Assembly (NCBI GenBank): GCA_017654855.1
Contig: JAFMPO010000001.1
Span: forward strand, 682,001-746,000
DNA length: 64,000 nt
Source of the DNA: Podospora anserina
Lineage: Eukaryota
Direction of reading: 5' to 3'
Shown piece after piece: positions 48,375 to 61,162 of the stretch. Positions within the stretch are counted from its first letter, which is position 1. Each line of letters starts with the position of its first letter. Both the position numbers and the translations under genes were made by a program. Under the pieces are notes generated by a model. The model saw only the letters and a list, made by a program, of their open reading frames with translations. It was not told the DNA's origin and searched no databases.

Positions 48375-49727
48375 ATGGCTTCTACGACCAGATCGGCATC
48401 CTCTGCCGCCCTCACTTTTGAGCTGGTGGGAAAGTGCTCTGTATGTGCAATCCCTCTCCTCTCCATGCTGCTGGACATGCCTGACAACTAATGCAGATAT
48501 CTAACAGACAACCCGTGCCCGCGCATCCATCTTGACGTTGCCCCACGGTCAGGTCAACCTCCCAATTTTCATGCCTGTAGCCACGCAGGCTTCACTCAAA
48601 GGCCTTACCCCCGAACAACTCGAGGCAACTGGATGCCGTCTCTGCCTCAACAACACCTACCATCTCGGCCTGAAGCCTGGTCAGGAAGTCCTTGATGCTG
48701 TAGGAGGCGCGCACAAGTTTCAGGGATGGAATCACAATCTTCTTACTGATAGTGGCGGGTACGTGGCCAACTCTAGTCATGGAAAGCAAAATAGCTGAGA
48801 TGTCAAAGGTTTCAGATGGTCTCGCTACTCAAGCTGGCCAACGTCACCGAGGAAGGTGTGCGCTTCCTCTCACCACACGACGGCAGCCCTATGCTCTTAA
48901 CCCCCGAGCACTCGATGAGCCTCCAAAACTCGATCGGATCCGACATTATGATGCAGCTGGACGATGTCCTCGTCACTACACACCCAGACAAGGCGCGCAT
49001 GAGAGAGGCGATGGAGCGCAGTGTACGTTGGCTCGACAGATGTATCGCTGCCCACAAATACCCAGAAAGGCAGAATCTGTTCTGCATCATTCAGGGTGGA
49101 CTGGACCTGGAGATGCGCCGGGAATGCTGCCGCGAGATGGTCGCCCGTGACACACCCGGTATCGCCATTGGCGGACTGAGCGGAGGTGAAGCAAAGGATG
49201 ACTTCTGCAAGGTGGTGGCCACTTGCACGGAGCAACTACCAGAACTCAAGCCGAGATACGTTATGGGAATTGGGTACCCAGAGGATCTTGTGGTCAGCGT
49301 GGCGCTGGGAGCAGACATGTTCGACTGCGTGTGGCCCACACGCACTGCGCGGTTTGGGAATGCCATCACCAAGCATGGTGTACTCAACATGAAAAGAGAG
49401 TTGTATGCCGCTGATTTCGGGCCCATCGAGGAGGGTTGTGGGTGTCAGTGCTGCAGGCCTGTCGGCCAAGAAGGGTCGCTGGGCATTACAAGGGCATTCA
49501 TTCACCACAATGCCGCCAAAGAGACAGTTGCGGCGCACCTGCTGACACTACACAACGTGTGGTATCAGCTGGATCTGATGAGGCAGGCCAGAGAGGCCAT
49601 CATTGCTGACCAATTCCCGGCATTCGTCAAGAAGTTTTTTGTTGGACTGTACCCTGATGGACAGAACTATCCATCGTGGGCAGTCAACGCATTGCGTGGT
49701 GTTGGCATCGAGTTGCTAGGGAGGTGA
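48375..49727 (+). CDS. QTRT1: Queuine tRNA-ribosyltransferase catalytic subunit; exons 48375-48440, 48508-48758, 48809-49727 (~411 aa)
   Basis: [27 protein letters not shown] (across the intron), [35 protein letters not shown] and Zn site CGCQCC..HN. Confidence 0.96.
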
Positions 49728-50029
49728 TGTAAAGGTATAGACAAAAATGAATAGATGTACAAGATACCCAAGATATGTCTCTAAATCACTTTACATACTA
49801 GTACCTAGGTAATCAGGGGTAACTTTGCATGACAAAGGGTTAGGGTTGAAGAACTCGGCCTTGGCATGAACTGATGGCCAATGGGGCATCCATTCAACTT
49901 TTGGAGCTCGGGAATTTTTGCAGCTCAACTCGGCGATTGAAGGAACGAAGCCCCGATCTCTCGCGGCCCCGACCCCGACCTCGACGACAGCCAGGAGAGC
50001 GCTTTCGGGCCCATCCAGCCACATTGACC

Positions 50030-51412
50030 ATGGTTTCCAGGAGCGTGTCCCCGGGAGGCGCGCTTCTCCGGGCGTCGCGGATGTTCTCTATGCCGGCACC
50101 CCTCCCACCACCGGCGGCAGAAGCCGCTCAAGCAACCTTCAAATCGCACTCCGATACAGCTACCTCGGCCTACCCAACACACCAGGTTATCACAACCCTT
50201 AGTCACGCCCGCAAGGAGGGGGACTGGGGCTTGAAGCGTCCTCTTCCTCTTCGATCAACTACCAAGTCCTCGACTCCCATGCTCCGCATCAAGGGCATCG
50301 ATACGATCGAGCAAATTACCGACTACGCCTCAGGCGCCGACCACGGCCTCACCCTTCTCAAGTTCCAAGAACTTGGTCTCCCGATCTCTACGCCCTCCTC
50401 TTTTTCAAGCTCGAGACACAGAACCGATGCCGCGACCAGGTCCGTTTTCGAGGACGACATCGATCGCACCGCCATCGCCGCGAAGGACCGTGCAAAGCTT
50501 GTCGACCAACGATGGAGGTTTTCTGGCCCATGGCTTGCCGGCATGTCGCCCGGCGACTTCAAGAAGTACTTGGCTGAGAGGGTTCGCCCCCGTCGCGCCG
50601 CCTTCCGTATGTTTCTGAAGGCCAAGATCGCCCGCGATCTCAACGAGACGGCCAGGTTGAAAGCATTGGACAACGCAGAGACCGAGTATGACAAGGTCAC
50701 CGTCGATTCTATTCTTGAGGATGACGTTACCGAGTACTTGCGGAATGTTCGGAACCAGAACGCAGTGCTGTATCAGCTGGTTGGGGAGTTCTTGGATCTC
50801 GCACCTCTGAAGCAACCGACGGAACTGACGACTGAGCAAATGTTGCATCCCCCACAACACACATATTCAACCCACGACACCAACAACCCGTATGCCGAAC
50901 ATGGTCCTCCAAAGACCCACCCTTCCGCCGGTCTCTCGTACATCCGCACCGGTGCATACATGGACAACCACCCGCTGTACGGCCCGCAAAAGGAACATAA
51001 GCCGGTTGAGGCCAGAGTGCTCAGGCCGCGCAGCCAGCAGAGCTACAGCAGCGCCAAACTGGGTGTTGCTGGTTTCGTCACCGAGACCAGCGAGGGCGAC
51101 AACGCTCACAATCAGAAGTCCGGGAAGTCGCCTCTTCGACATTTCGACCCTGATCTCAAGAACGGCGCCAAGGTTTACGTTCAGCCTGAAACGGCTTCCG
51201 TCAACTCAGATGGCAAGCTGCGGATCGTGCTCAAGGACTCAGTGGATGCCGAGGCTGAGCTGGTTGCCCGTGAGCTGATTGGTGATGGTGAGGGCATTTT
51301 TGGACAACAGCGGAAGGAGGTTGAGGTGGTCAGCCAGTCAACCATTCGCAAGTCCTACTCAACTAAGCTCTCGCAGGGTGCACAGGACTATGGTTTGAAT
51401 TCGGAGAACTAG
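50030..51412 (+). CDS. MRP51: Mitochondrial small-subunit ribosomal protein MRP51 (bS1m)
   Basis: LLRASRMFS, YPTHQVITT....R..GDWGLKRPLP, IDTIEQITDY, GPWLAGM..G.F.KYL and HPSAGLSY. An in-frame ATG at 49874 is considered the less likely start. Confidence 0.88.
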   Translation: MVSRSVSPGGALLRASRMFSMPAPLPPPAAEAAQATFKSHSDTATSAYPTHQVITTLSHARKEGDWGLKRPLPLRSTTKSSTPMLRIKGIDTIEQITDYASGADHGLTLLKFQELGLPISTPSSFSSSRHRTDAATRSVFEDDIDRTAIAAKDRAKLVDQRWRFSGPWLAGMSPGDFKKYLAERVRPRRAAFRMFLKAKIARDLNETARLKALDNAETEYDKVTVDSILEDDVTEYLRNVRNQNAVLYQLVGEFLDLAPLKQPTELTTEQMLHPPQHTYSTHDTNNPYAEHGPPKTHPSAGLSYIRTGAYMDNHPLYGPQKEHKPVEARVLRPRSQQSYSSAKLGVAGFVTETSEGDNAHNQKSGKSPLRHFDPDLKNGAKVYVQPETASVNSDGKLRIVLKDSVDAEAELVARELIGDGEGIFGQQRKEVEVVSQSTIRKSYSTKLSQGAQDYGLNSEN

Positions 51413-51852
51413 AGTCGATTGGGAGTGACTGGACTATCTTGCTGATAGCTCCATAATGTACAACATGTTCTCTGTAGAAATATATACCATGTGAGCCATT
51501 TCCCTTGTACTGATGTCTAAAGGCATTGTTTACTATTGTTGGCTCAAGTTTTTGGAGCAACCGTCAGAGTGAATCCGGGAATGCCTCAGCCGCAGTTGCC
51601 CCACCTCAAGTGGCAGCCACAAAATAGTAAGCTTCACCAGCTCACCAGCCACACCCCAAAAGATTGGCATGCCCTAAGCGCACGCAACCCCCACAATTGC
51701 AGACCCACTCTGAAAAACCACCACAGGTTTGGCGAGCTCGACTGCGAGAATCCTCTTGCTTCTTCTTTTCTGTGTCCGAAACTCCAAGCGTCGCCCTCGG
51801 TAGGTCTTTTTTTCCCTTCACCAACAACCAACCACCACACCAAACCGTCAAA

Positions 51853-52421
51853 ATGGGTCGCGTTCGTACCAAGACTGTCAAGAAGTCCGCCAAGGTCATC
51901 ATTGAGCGGTACTACCCCAAGTTGACTCTCGACTTCGAGACCAACAAGCGGTATGTTTTTCTCCAACCTGGATTTTGGGTAGAGGGAAGACCCGGCTGAC
52001 TCTGAGGAAAAAGTGTCTGCGATGAGATCGCCATCATTGCCTCCAAGCGCCTCCGCAACAAGATTGCCGGCTACACCACCCACTTGATGAAGCGCATTCA
52101 GCGTGGCCCCGTCCGCGGTATCTCCTTCAAGCTTCAGGAGGAGGAGCGTGAGCGCAAGGATCAGTACGTTCCCGAGGTCTCCGCTCTCGACTTCACCCAG
52201 AACTCCGAGAGCGGCCAACTCGATGTCGATACCGAGACTAAGGACCTCCTTAAGCACCTCGGCGTATGTGTTGCCCAGTGTCTGAAGGTCACGAGAGTGG
52301 AAAAACTGACAGCAATTCACAGTTCGACGCCATCCCCGTCAATGTCATCCCCGTTACCCAGAACCCCGCTGTTGAGCGTGGCCCCCGCCGCTTCGGTGGT
52401 GACCGCCCCCGCCGCGACTAA
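51853..52421 (+). CDS. RPS17: 40S ribosomal protein S17 (eS17); exons 51853-51950, 52014-52263, 52323-52421 (148 aa)
   Basis: [87 protein letters not shown], with two canonical GTATGT introns. Confidence 0.99.
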
Positions 52422-52996
52422 ATTGTTTCTTCGAAAGAGGGGACATTTAAGGACCACCAACAGAAAACGACGCTTGACGACTTCGATCACGATACCCTTT
52501 TATGACGGTCAACAAAAGTTGGGAAAGGAGTATGAAGATCTCTTCATCACATGGGAATCATCATGCTGCGGCGTTGGGCCAATACTGACGGCGCTGGGTC
52601 GTGGTCGGTCGGAAAGGGAAAAACAAACACGGCATGCGATAGCTTTGAAGAATAAAGCAATCTGTTGCCCCACCCATTCAGGTGTCGCTGAGTCCTGCAG
52701 GTAATGCTGAGGACGACGCTCGACTGCCAGACTACGCTTCTCCTTTATGGTGATGCGGATGGGATTTGTTGTGTGAGACGGCTGGGTCCCGCCTCGTTGG
52801 GGAGCCCATGTCTGCCCAGGTGATAAATGCTGTGACTTTGATCTGTCATGTGAATCCTCCAGATGTTGTAAACTCAAGGTAGGTTTTATTTCCAAGGTCC
52901 GACAATCGTAAACCGGGTATCATAAACTATCAAAACGCCATTTGTTATGCAACCCTAATGCTGTCTGTTTGCCTGTCCCTTTTACCAAAGATAGAA

Positions 52997-53893
52997 TCAA
53001 GGCCTCCCATAGTTGAGGCTCTCAATACGAATAGAAGGAATAAAATCATCGTCATCATCATCTTCGCCTTCACCGCCAGTGTTGTTTGGTTTCTTGCCCT
53101 TGCTGCCAATCTTGTATCCTTCCACCATGAGATGGGCATCGCTCTCGCCTCCCTGGGCGCTGGTGAAGGTGGGAGCTGTGGGCGGCTGGGTGATCTCCTT
53201 CTCCCCAATCGTGACCTCGACTTTATCGACGCCCATCCCATTCCTCTCGACGGCTAGTTTGCCCGCTTGCTTCTTTTTCTCGTGGGCTTCATCTCCCTTC
53301 TTATCCCTCTCGTCATCGGCCCCATCGAGCGAGAGCCCCTCCACGGCCTTTTTCACCTCTTTTACACCCGGTTCCTTGTCCTCCCTCAGCCGAATCTTGA
53401 CCTTCATCTCCCCCTTTTCTCCTGCCCACTCGTACGAAGGATGCTCGAGCTGAACATGGATGTACATACCCTTTAGCGCGCACTCATCGCTGCACCACTT
53501 GTTTAGGTCCTCCGTTTTCGCCACGCCCGACCGCCGGATTTTGACCTTGCCGGTAAAGTTGCGGCGGGGTTTGGAGCAGAGCGCGTAGCCGCATGTGTTG
53601 AGGCAGTTCCGTTCGTCTATGAGATCGAGGTACTCTGAGGGGGAGAAGTTGGGGAGGTGGGAGAGGAGGAGGGAGATGTCGGATTGGGAAGGGGGTTGGG
53701 AGGAGGGGAAGGCGGCGGAGAGGAGCTCGAAGGTTTCGATGGGGATGGGGGGTTTGAGCTCGGTTTTGGAGAGGGTGAGGAGTTGGGCTGCTTGGGCGCG
53801 GGTTAGGCCTGTGAGTTCGAGGGCCGAGGGAGCGTCGGGGGTGGGTGGTTGTTTTTTGAGGATGGATTTAGGAGGGTTGGGGGTGGACGCCAT
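52997..53893 (-). CDS. RTR1: Rtr1/RPAP2 family RNA polymerase II CTD phosphatase
   Basis: F.PSEY.DLIDERN....CGYALC...KWCS..C Zn-finger signature. Confidence 0.85.
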   Translation of the reverse strand: MASTPNPPKSILKKQPPTPDAPSALELTGLTRAQAAQLLTLSKTELKPPIPIETFELLSAAFPSSQPPSQSDISLLLSHLPNFSPSEYLDLIDERNCLNTCGYALCSKPRRNFTGKVKIRRSGVAKTEDLNKWCSDECALKGMYIHVQLEHPSYEWAGEKGEMKVKIRLREDKEPGVKEVKKAVEGLSLDGADDERDKKGDEAHEKKKQAGKLAVERNGMGVDKVEVTIGEKEITQPPTAPTFTSAQGGESDAHLMVEGYKIGSKGKKPNNTGGEGEDDDDDDFIPSIRIESLNYGRP

Positions 53894-54806
53894 GGAGGTG
53901 ATGGCTTGGGGGTTTGGTGATGTTGTTGGAGATAAAGGAGGTTATCGTTAGGAGAGGTGACGTTGATAAAGAGTAGTAATTTAGCCGATCGACAGGCGGT
54001 AAGTACCTTGTGTTTGCTGCTGGCGCAAATGTCGTTGTTGATGGGCATGTGAAACAAAAGATGCCAGGCTAGAGATATCAGAAAGTTACAAATGCGATGG
54101 AGGGGCGATGCCTGCCGGACAGAGGGGACACTTGCCAGCTGCCAAGCAGCTTGGAGCTTCCGAGGTGAGGCGTTGATCCACCTCGTCATTTCACTGAGGG
54201 GTCATCTCCAAGCAACACACAGCGACAACAGGACATGAGATAACCGCCCAAGCCACCTCCTGACTGCAACACTCCCAACTCCGGTTGAATTGCTGCCTGG
54301 TGAGGTGTCCAAACCAAAAAGACAGATTCGAAACACGTAGACCATAGCAACAAACGCAAGGTGTGGTAGCCTCTTATGCGCTGACGTTGAGGATCAGATG
54401 TGCGCCTTAAGCCAACACTTTTAGCCACACTGCAGAACAAGCTGAGGCGTCCGACGTCCGGCTTGCAAGGGGTGACCAAGCAAGGACCGCCCTTCCATGA
54501 CCACCAGCTGTTGGAGATCGAGCGGTTCTTCTCTCGCACTCCGCCTTCAGCATTACGTTTACACAGCAGGTCCTACAACCTCACTTGCACTTGGCGTGTG
54601 TTTACATTGAAAAGTCCTCGAAGTCCAGGCCCACGCAGAGAAGCGGACCGAAAGCCAACCCCGCCCCGCATCTGCCGAGCCAGCGAGCGACGTTTAATAG
54701 CTTGCCTGCCTCTGACGACAAGCCCAAAGCACGCAACACAACACTGCAGACATCAACAGTAGCTACCTCGCCGTCCACTTACTCCGAGGCCTCGAGCCGC
54801 GTCATC

Positions 54807-57800
54807 ATGTCGTTCAAGGTCAAGGCCTTGTACGAATACAACTCGGGCCACGAAGATGACCTCATTTTCAGCGTCGGCCAGATCATAACCGTGACCGACG
54901 AGGAAGATGCCGATTGGTATGCGGGGGAGTACGTCGACGAGGCCGGCAACAAGCAAGAGGGTATTTTCCCCAGGAATTTCGTCGAAAAGTATGAGCCTGC
55001 AGCACCTCCTCGTCCGGCAACACGGCCCCAGTCCAAAAGGGAACATAAACCCGCCGCCGAAGCTCCGATTCCAGCCCCGGAATCTCCGAAGCACGAAGTT
55101 GCTCCGGAGCCTGAACCTGAGCCCTTGAGATCTCCCTCGCCCGAGCCGACGATTTCCTCTCCTCCGCCAGCACCTGCGGCTGTTCCGGTGCCAATTCAAT
55201 CTGCCCAAGCTCCCGCCTCCCCTCCGGCTCCCGCACCCGCCCCTGTTCCAGTGGCCGCGCCCGCACGTCCTGTTCCCCAGCCCACTGAGGCGCCGTCTGC
55301 CGCAAAGTCGCCCCCTGCGCCCAAGCCTGCTGCCGTTGTCTCCAAACCCAGTGCTGTACCTCCACCTGTCTCTGATAAGCCAACCGGAAATTCTTTCAAG
55401 GATCGTCTTGCTCTTTTCAACAAGGCAGCTGCAGCCCCCCCCGCCCCCTTCAAGCCTAGCGGGCTGAGCTCAGGAGGCGGCTCGAGCTTCATCAAGAAGC
55501 CGTTTGTTGCCCCCCCTCCTAGCAGGCACGCCTATATTCCACCGGTCACCCAGGCCCCTGTTGCTAAAGTATATCGTCGTGATGAGGATCCGGAGGTCAA
55601 GGAGCAAGAAGCCGAAACGCTGGAGAATGCTGGAAAAGCGGGACTTGTTGGTAATACGGCACCAACCTCATCAAGGAATGAGGGTGAAGCCGCTGATGAT
55701 GAACCCAAGCCCATGAGCTTGAAGGAGCGCCTCGCTCTTCTCCAAAAGCAGCAAATGGAGACTGCGGCTCGTCATGCCGAGGCTGCTGCCAAGAAGGAGA
55801 AGCCCAAGAAACCAGTGAAGAAACGTTTGGATAGCCACGATGCCACTGCCGCCGAAGGTGAAGCTACTATTCCTGTTCCACCCCCTCTGGAGCGTCGCGA
55901 TACCGAAGACACCACAGGCCGCGGCTCTCTGGATGAATCTCACCCACCTCGAATCCCGCACCCTGGGCGTCGCAGATCTTCAAGAGGAATCGAACCGAAT
56001 GATGGTAATGAGGCTGATATGTCTGGGGCTGGCGAGACCACCGAGGGTCTGGAGGAGCTCACCGAAAAGGAGGAAAATGACGTCAGACCAAAGCATGTTG
56101 CTACTGCCGCGAAACAAGACGATGATGAACAGGCTGATGAGGAAGATGAAGAGGAAGAAGAAGAGGAGGAGGAGGATATCGACCCAGAGGTTCGGCGCAA
56201 GGAGGAACTGCGCGCAAGAATGGCCAAGATGTCAGGCGGTATGGGCATGCCGGGTATGGGCATCCCTGGGCTGTTTGGTGCCCCGGCACCTATGATGCCC
56301 AAGAAGAAGAAGGCCGCCCCTGAGAAGCACATTGAGGAGCATGAGGAGCCGGTCTCGCCTACTGCCCGCGCGCCCCCCGTTCCTATGCCCGGCATTCCTT
56401 TGCCTGGGCTCTCGCGCCCACCGCCGCCTCCCGAGCGAAAACAGTCTGCTGCCGAAGAGGTGGAAGATGACGAGGACGAAGCCCAGCTGCAGACTCCCCA
56501 TCAGGAAGCTGCGCCAGCCCGTATGTTGTTTGTCGAGCACCATCTCAACAAAGCTAACACAGGTGTAGAAACGCCCAACGAACATAGCGCACCCCCCCCT
56601 ATTCCTGGCGGGAGATCAGCTCCCCCCCCTGTTCCTTCTCTGGACTGTGAGTATAGTGATGCCCATCGTTTTGCACTGTGGAGTGTCATTATTAACCTCG
56701 CAAAGCACGTCCGCCACCACCACCGCCAACTGCGTCGGCGATTAAGTCCCCGAGCGAAGGGTCGGTGTCTGACGACGAGCTCTCCGAAAGGCCCAATGAT
56801 GAATCCGATACACCAAAACCTGATGTAGCCCATGCGACTAGAGCTCCTCCTCCCCCGCCACCTGGGGCTGGCGGTCCTCCACCACTGCCACCTACATCAC
56901 CCCGGGCTGCCCCCCGTCGGTCTCCTGATGAGAGCCCTCCAACTTCACCATCGGCACCTGCTATTCCCAGGCGCGACAGCAGGGCACCGCCTCCAATCCC
57001 TGGCGCCGCCCCTCCACTCCCCACACAGAGCAGACCTCCTCCTCCGCCTCCCACAGCCGCGCCCCCGCTGCGTAGGGATTCAACGGCTGACACCCGGCCG
57101 CCCCCAATTCCCGGCGCACCACCAAGGGACGAGGATAGTGGTGACGAAGAAGAGATCACCGAATATGAGGGCGATTACGACACCGACATCGCCTCGTCGG
57201 TTCCTCACAAAGATGCGCTCAAGGCCCATCAGCGGGAGTCGAGTTTCGAGGATATCGGACCGAGATCGCCAACGAGTGAGGCGCCCCCGCTTCCTTCCAC
57301 AGCGGTCCCGAGAGCAGGACCTCCTCCAATTCCCAGTCAGCCTCCCCCTCCACCAAGTGCGCCAGCGCCCTCGCGCAAGTCTGTAGATGCGCCCCGCACA
57401 GCCCCCCCTCCCCCTCCCCCGCCGAAAGAGGCGCCGCCTGCTCACTACGATGATGAGTACGATCCATACAACTATAGTTCGTCTTCTCAGGCAGCTCCAG
57501 CTGTTCCGTCATTCCCGATGCCCTCTCCGCATGTCAGGCAGAACGAGGAGACATCGGCGCATGAGACCCTCCAGTTTTCCCCGCCACCTCCTCCCCCTCA
57601 GAACCTGAGGTCGCCTATCCCCCCTCCTATTTCCTCACCGCCAAACCGAGCTCCTCCGCCGAGAAAGTCGCTGGATGTCCCCCGTGGTAGCGGTGGAAGA
57701 CGTTCGGTCGATGTTACTCGGCCTTCCATGGAGTCTGGGTTTGTTGCTAATGACATTGATCTAGCCAACCAGTCAGGATGGTGGCTGCAGCCCAACGGCC

Positions 57801-58543
57801 TGCCTTCGCAGCTCCACGGCCGCAAGGATATCTTCTTCGAGTCTGAAGAATCAACCTCCTCTGATCCCCACCAGGGCGGCAAGACAATTGTGACTCGGGA
57901 TATCTATGTGTTGTTCCAGGACTACTCCCAGACCGTTATCACCGTTCGTTTCAACCCCCAGGACCCCTCCGATGTCCAGCTCGACCAACGTCACGAGGCC
58001 CCACCACGAGCCTTGCGTCAGGACCAGCTTGAGGAAAGCTACGAGCGGTTTGGTCGTGCCATCGGCGAGGCCGTCCACAAGCTGAAGGACACCGTTGTAG
58101 GCGATGGGACTCCACAAGGACTCATTCACGAGCTGCTGCGTCCCCACAAGGACGCTCTTCACCCTGTCGGCACGCGTGCCTATGGCGCCCTGGTGTACAG
58201 CAACCTTGCCAACGCCAGCACAAGCCAGAACGACGAGATCCGCCCCGGCGACATCATCAGCATCCGCAACGCCAAGTTCCAAGGCAAGCACGGCGCCATG
58301 CACGCCAAGTACAGCGTCGAGGTAGGCAAACCTGACCACGTCGCTGTCGTGGGCGAATGGGATGGCACCAAGAAGAAGGTCAGGGCTTGGGAGCAGGGCC
58401 GTGAGAGCAAGAAGGTCAAGCTGGAAAGTTTCAAGCTTGACGACCTGAGGAGTGGTGAGGTCAAGATTTGGAGGGTGATGCCTAGGAGCTGGATTGGATG
58501 GGAGGGTGGCGATAATGGTGGAGGAGCAACCGGCGGGAATTAG
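54807..58543 (+). CDS. BBC1: Bbc1/Mti1-like SH3 and proline-rich actin-patch protein; introns ~56521-56562/56568 and 56647-56705
   Basis: N-terminal SH3 (FKVKALYEY....EDDL.F..GQII.V..EEDADWY.G...EGIFPRNFV), SFKDRLALFN, MSLKERLALLQKQQ, LRARMAKMSG, polyproline tracts, and a conserved C-terminal domain (YVLFQDYSQT..EIRPGDII..KLDDLRSGEVKIWRV). Confidence 0.88.
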
Positions 58544-58680
58544 GAGACGCTGTTGGGCTTGGAAGTTGCCCAGCTTGCTGGGTGGGAAGGAGTGAGGATG
58601 GTGGGTGTGTTGGTAAGGGTTGTAGATTCGTTTTGAAGAGTTGTTGTCGTTGTAAAGAGTAGTGCTGGGTGGAAGTGTGG

Positions 58681-58716
<36 letters not shown>
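58681..58716. repeat. Compound (GT)10(GA)8 microsatellite
   Basis: Direct read, downstream of the BBC1 stop. Confidence 0.95.
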
Positions 58717-59417
58717 CGGAAGACCATTGGCAAAGAGAACGGGAGGGAACAATATCGTATTGAAGATTTTTTTGTTACACTTTGTTTATCAAGTTAAAAA
58801 TTATTATTGTGTTTGTTTTTTAATTACGCTGCATTTTTTACACCGCTTTGCTGTTATCATTCCCGGCGGTGATGCCCGAACTTGCGATGCGTGGATGTAT
58901 AACTTGTAGCAGATCGTTCAGCATAAGACGGGGCCTCGAAATGCAGTCAGTTTCCACGTTGACCAAGAATCAGCGCAGGCAACCAACCGTGGCATGTTGA
59001 GCAAGTAGCAATGTCTTTCCAATAACCAACTGTAGGTAGTTTGTAATTTTGTTGGCTACAGCTGCCAAAAGCAATGAGAACACTACCTTATATATAGATG
59101 CCCCAAAATTACTATATCCATCTCATCATAGACGCCCATACAAAACACCCAGTCGGTTTTACTCTAATTCCAACCTGACCAGCCTGCCAAAAACCTCATG
59201 CCTGTCTACTACCATAATCTTCCCTTATCATCCTCATATAGAACCATCCTTGTCTGTCTGCACCATCCTGACCGCTATCCCTCCCTATACTGCTAATACT
59301 CCCAAAATACAACCCATCCTATGCCCTTGGTCCCTCCTCAAACAGTAAAACGCCGTTACCATGCATCCTCTTGGTCTTCCATAAGCACACCATCCTCTAT
59401 TTTACCCACCCCACCCC

Positions 59418-61162
59418 CTAATTCCTCCTCCTCTGATTCACCATCATCGTCTCCTTCAACTCCCTCCTCACAACCTCATTAAACTCCTCGGGGTTATCCA
59501 CATAGAGATGATGCCCCGCCTTCCTCACCACAACAACCTTTACACTCCCATTCTCCTTCTCCGCTCCCCCTTCCTCTAGCAATTCTTTCTCTATTCTCTT
59601 TTTGATCTTTTCTTCGGCGGCATACCCCCCAGCAACATCCATCCAGTCGTTTTCTCCGTACATGAACACAATCGGGAAACCGTGCTCTTTTACTTCTGGG
59701 GTGGTTTCAGTCTTGGGGGAGATGACCTGCCGGCCGACGTCCTGAATGCGGTTGATGACTGGTGATCTGGCATACGCCCCCGGAGCGAGGAGATACGGCA
59801 GGGCATACTCGCCGGACCCACGCTGGCGGAACAGAGCATAAGAGTAATCGTGCAGTGCTTGCTTTTCAGGTGAGGGCAGGTGGTTGAACCGGCGGGCTGT
59901 CCACCCCGAGACGAACCGGGGACCCAACGGCCCGGCAAAGCGGACGATGCTAAACGGGGAGACGTTTGCGTCCCAGAGCCAGACCAGCCACCCTGGAAGG
60001 GGTCGCTTGGGGGGCGTGGTGGAGGTGTTGGGCTGGGAGGCGACGGATTTCTTGTCGCTGGCTTTCGCGTTGACATACTCGGCGTTTTGGCCAGCGGGGG
60101 TTTGGTGGACGATGCTTTCCTGGTCCTGGGTGAACTCGGCTGCCATGGTGGAGGTTTCGGGCTCGGGCATGTCGGCGTTGACTGCCCAGGGATCCTCCGG
60201 GATCCCCACCGGAGACACCAAAATCAGTTTGTTGAGGTGGCCGGGGTACTTGAGGGCGTAAGAAACGGCGAGGTAGCCGCCCATTGAATGGCCCATCAAT
60301 GTGAACTTTTCGAGCTTGCGAATCTTGCGCCATTCTTCGAGCGCGTCAATAAACCAACTCTCGGCCTCGGCGATTTTCTCTTTTTGTGTTTTGGCGTGGA
60401 CCTTGAACGGCGGGCGGGAGGAGTTGCCCATCCCTAGCATATCCAGCGCGTATAATTTCCAACCAGGTAATCTGGTGAGGGGTTCAAAGTTCTTGTAGAA
60501 AAAACCCAGCCCGGCGCCGTATCCGTGCAGCATGACGAGGGTGTTGTCCACATCTTCGCCCTCTCTTTCGACTGAGAACTCATTCAGGGCACGGTTCTTC
60601 CCCGACAGCTGCACCATTGATGATCGCCAGACTCGCTGGCCGAAAGGATCGGTGTTGGCGAGATCTAGGAGGCGCGTGCCGACACTTGGGCCGGTGGCTT
60701 CGCGAACGTGAGGAATAAATGAGAGTACATTCTGTTCGGCTTGTCGCGATGATAGGCTAGTCCACTGCATGCTCGTCAGCCACTTGTCCACTGATGCGCC
60801 GTGTTGGCTGCTGGAGCGGAAATACCCACCCATTGGTGCGCCGCCTCCTTGTAACCTAGGGGAAATGCCATCATTCTGGGCGTGTGTTTTCTCGGTGCAC
60901 CTTCAGCGTGGTGCTGACGGTGATATTGATGCGACGGGTTCTTTTTGCGGTGCGTAGGAAAAAGGAGAGGTTGTGTTGTAGGTGGCGGGATCGAGGAAGA
61001 AGTATCCGTAGAGGCAGAGATCGATTCGGTGGACATTCGGCTGCTCGACTCCTTTGAGGGACTTGCTGTTCCAGTCTTTTCCGAGGGCGGACCGGCAAAC
61101 ACGGACGAGGCGAGCTTAGGAATACGCAGCAAAAGACTTGTAGGGTTAGTAGACTTGAGCAT
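59418..61162 (-). CDS. CLD1: Alpha/beta hydrolase, Cld1/ABHD4-5 type (cardiolipin deacylase-like); exons 61162-60830, 60764-59418 (~559 aa)
   Basis: LVMLHGYGAGLGFFYKNF, DMLGMGNSSRP, GHSMGGY nucleophile elbow, MYGENDWMD and AGHHLYVDN (HX4D). Intron GTGGGT..GCTGAC..CAG. Confidence 0.85.

Noticed and set aside
49874-50029. Upstream in-frame ATG for MRP51
   Set aside because: Poor context (ctgATG), close to the QTRT1 3' end, and it would mask the presequence-like MVSRSVSPGGALLRASR start, which has a good accATGg context.
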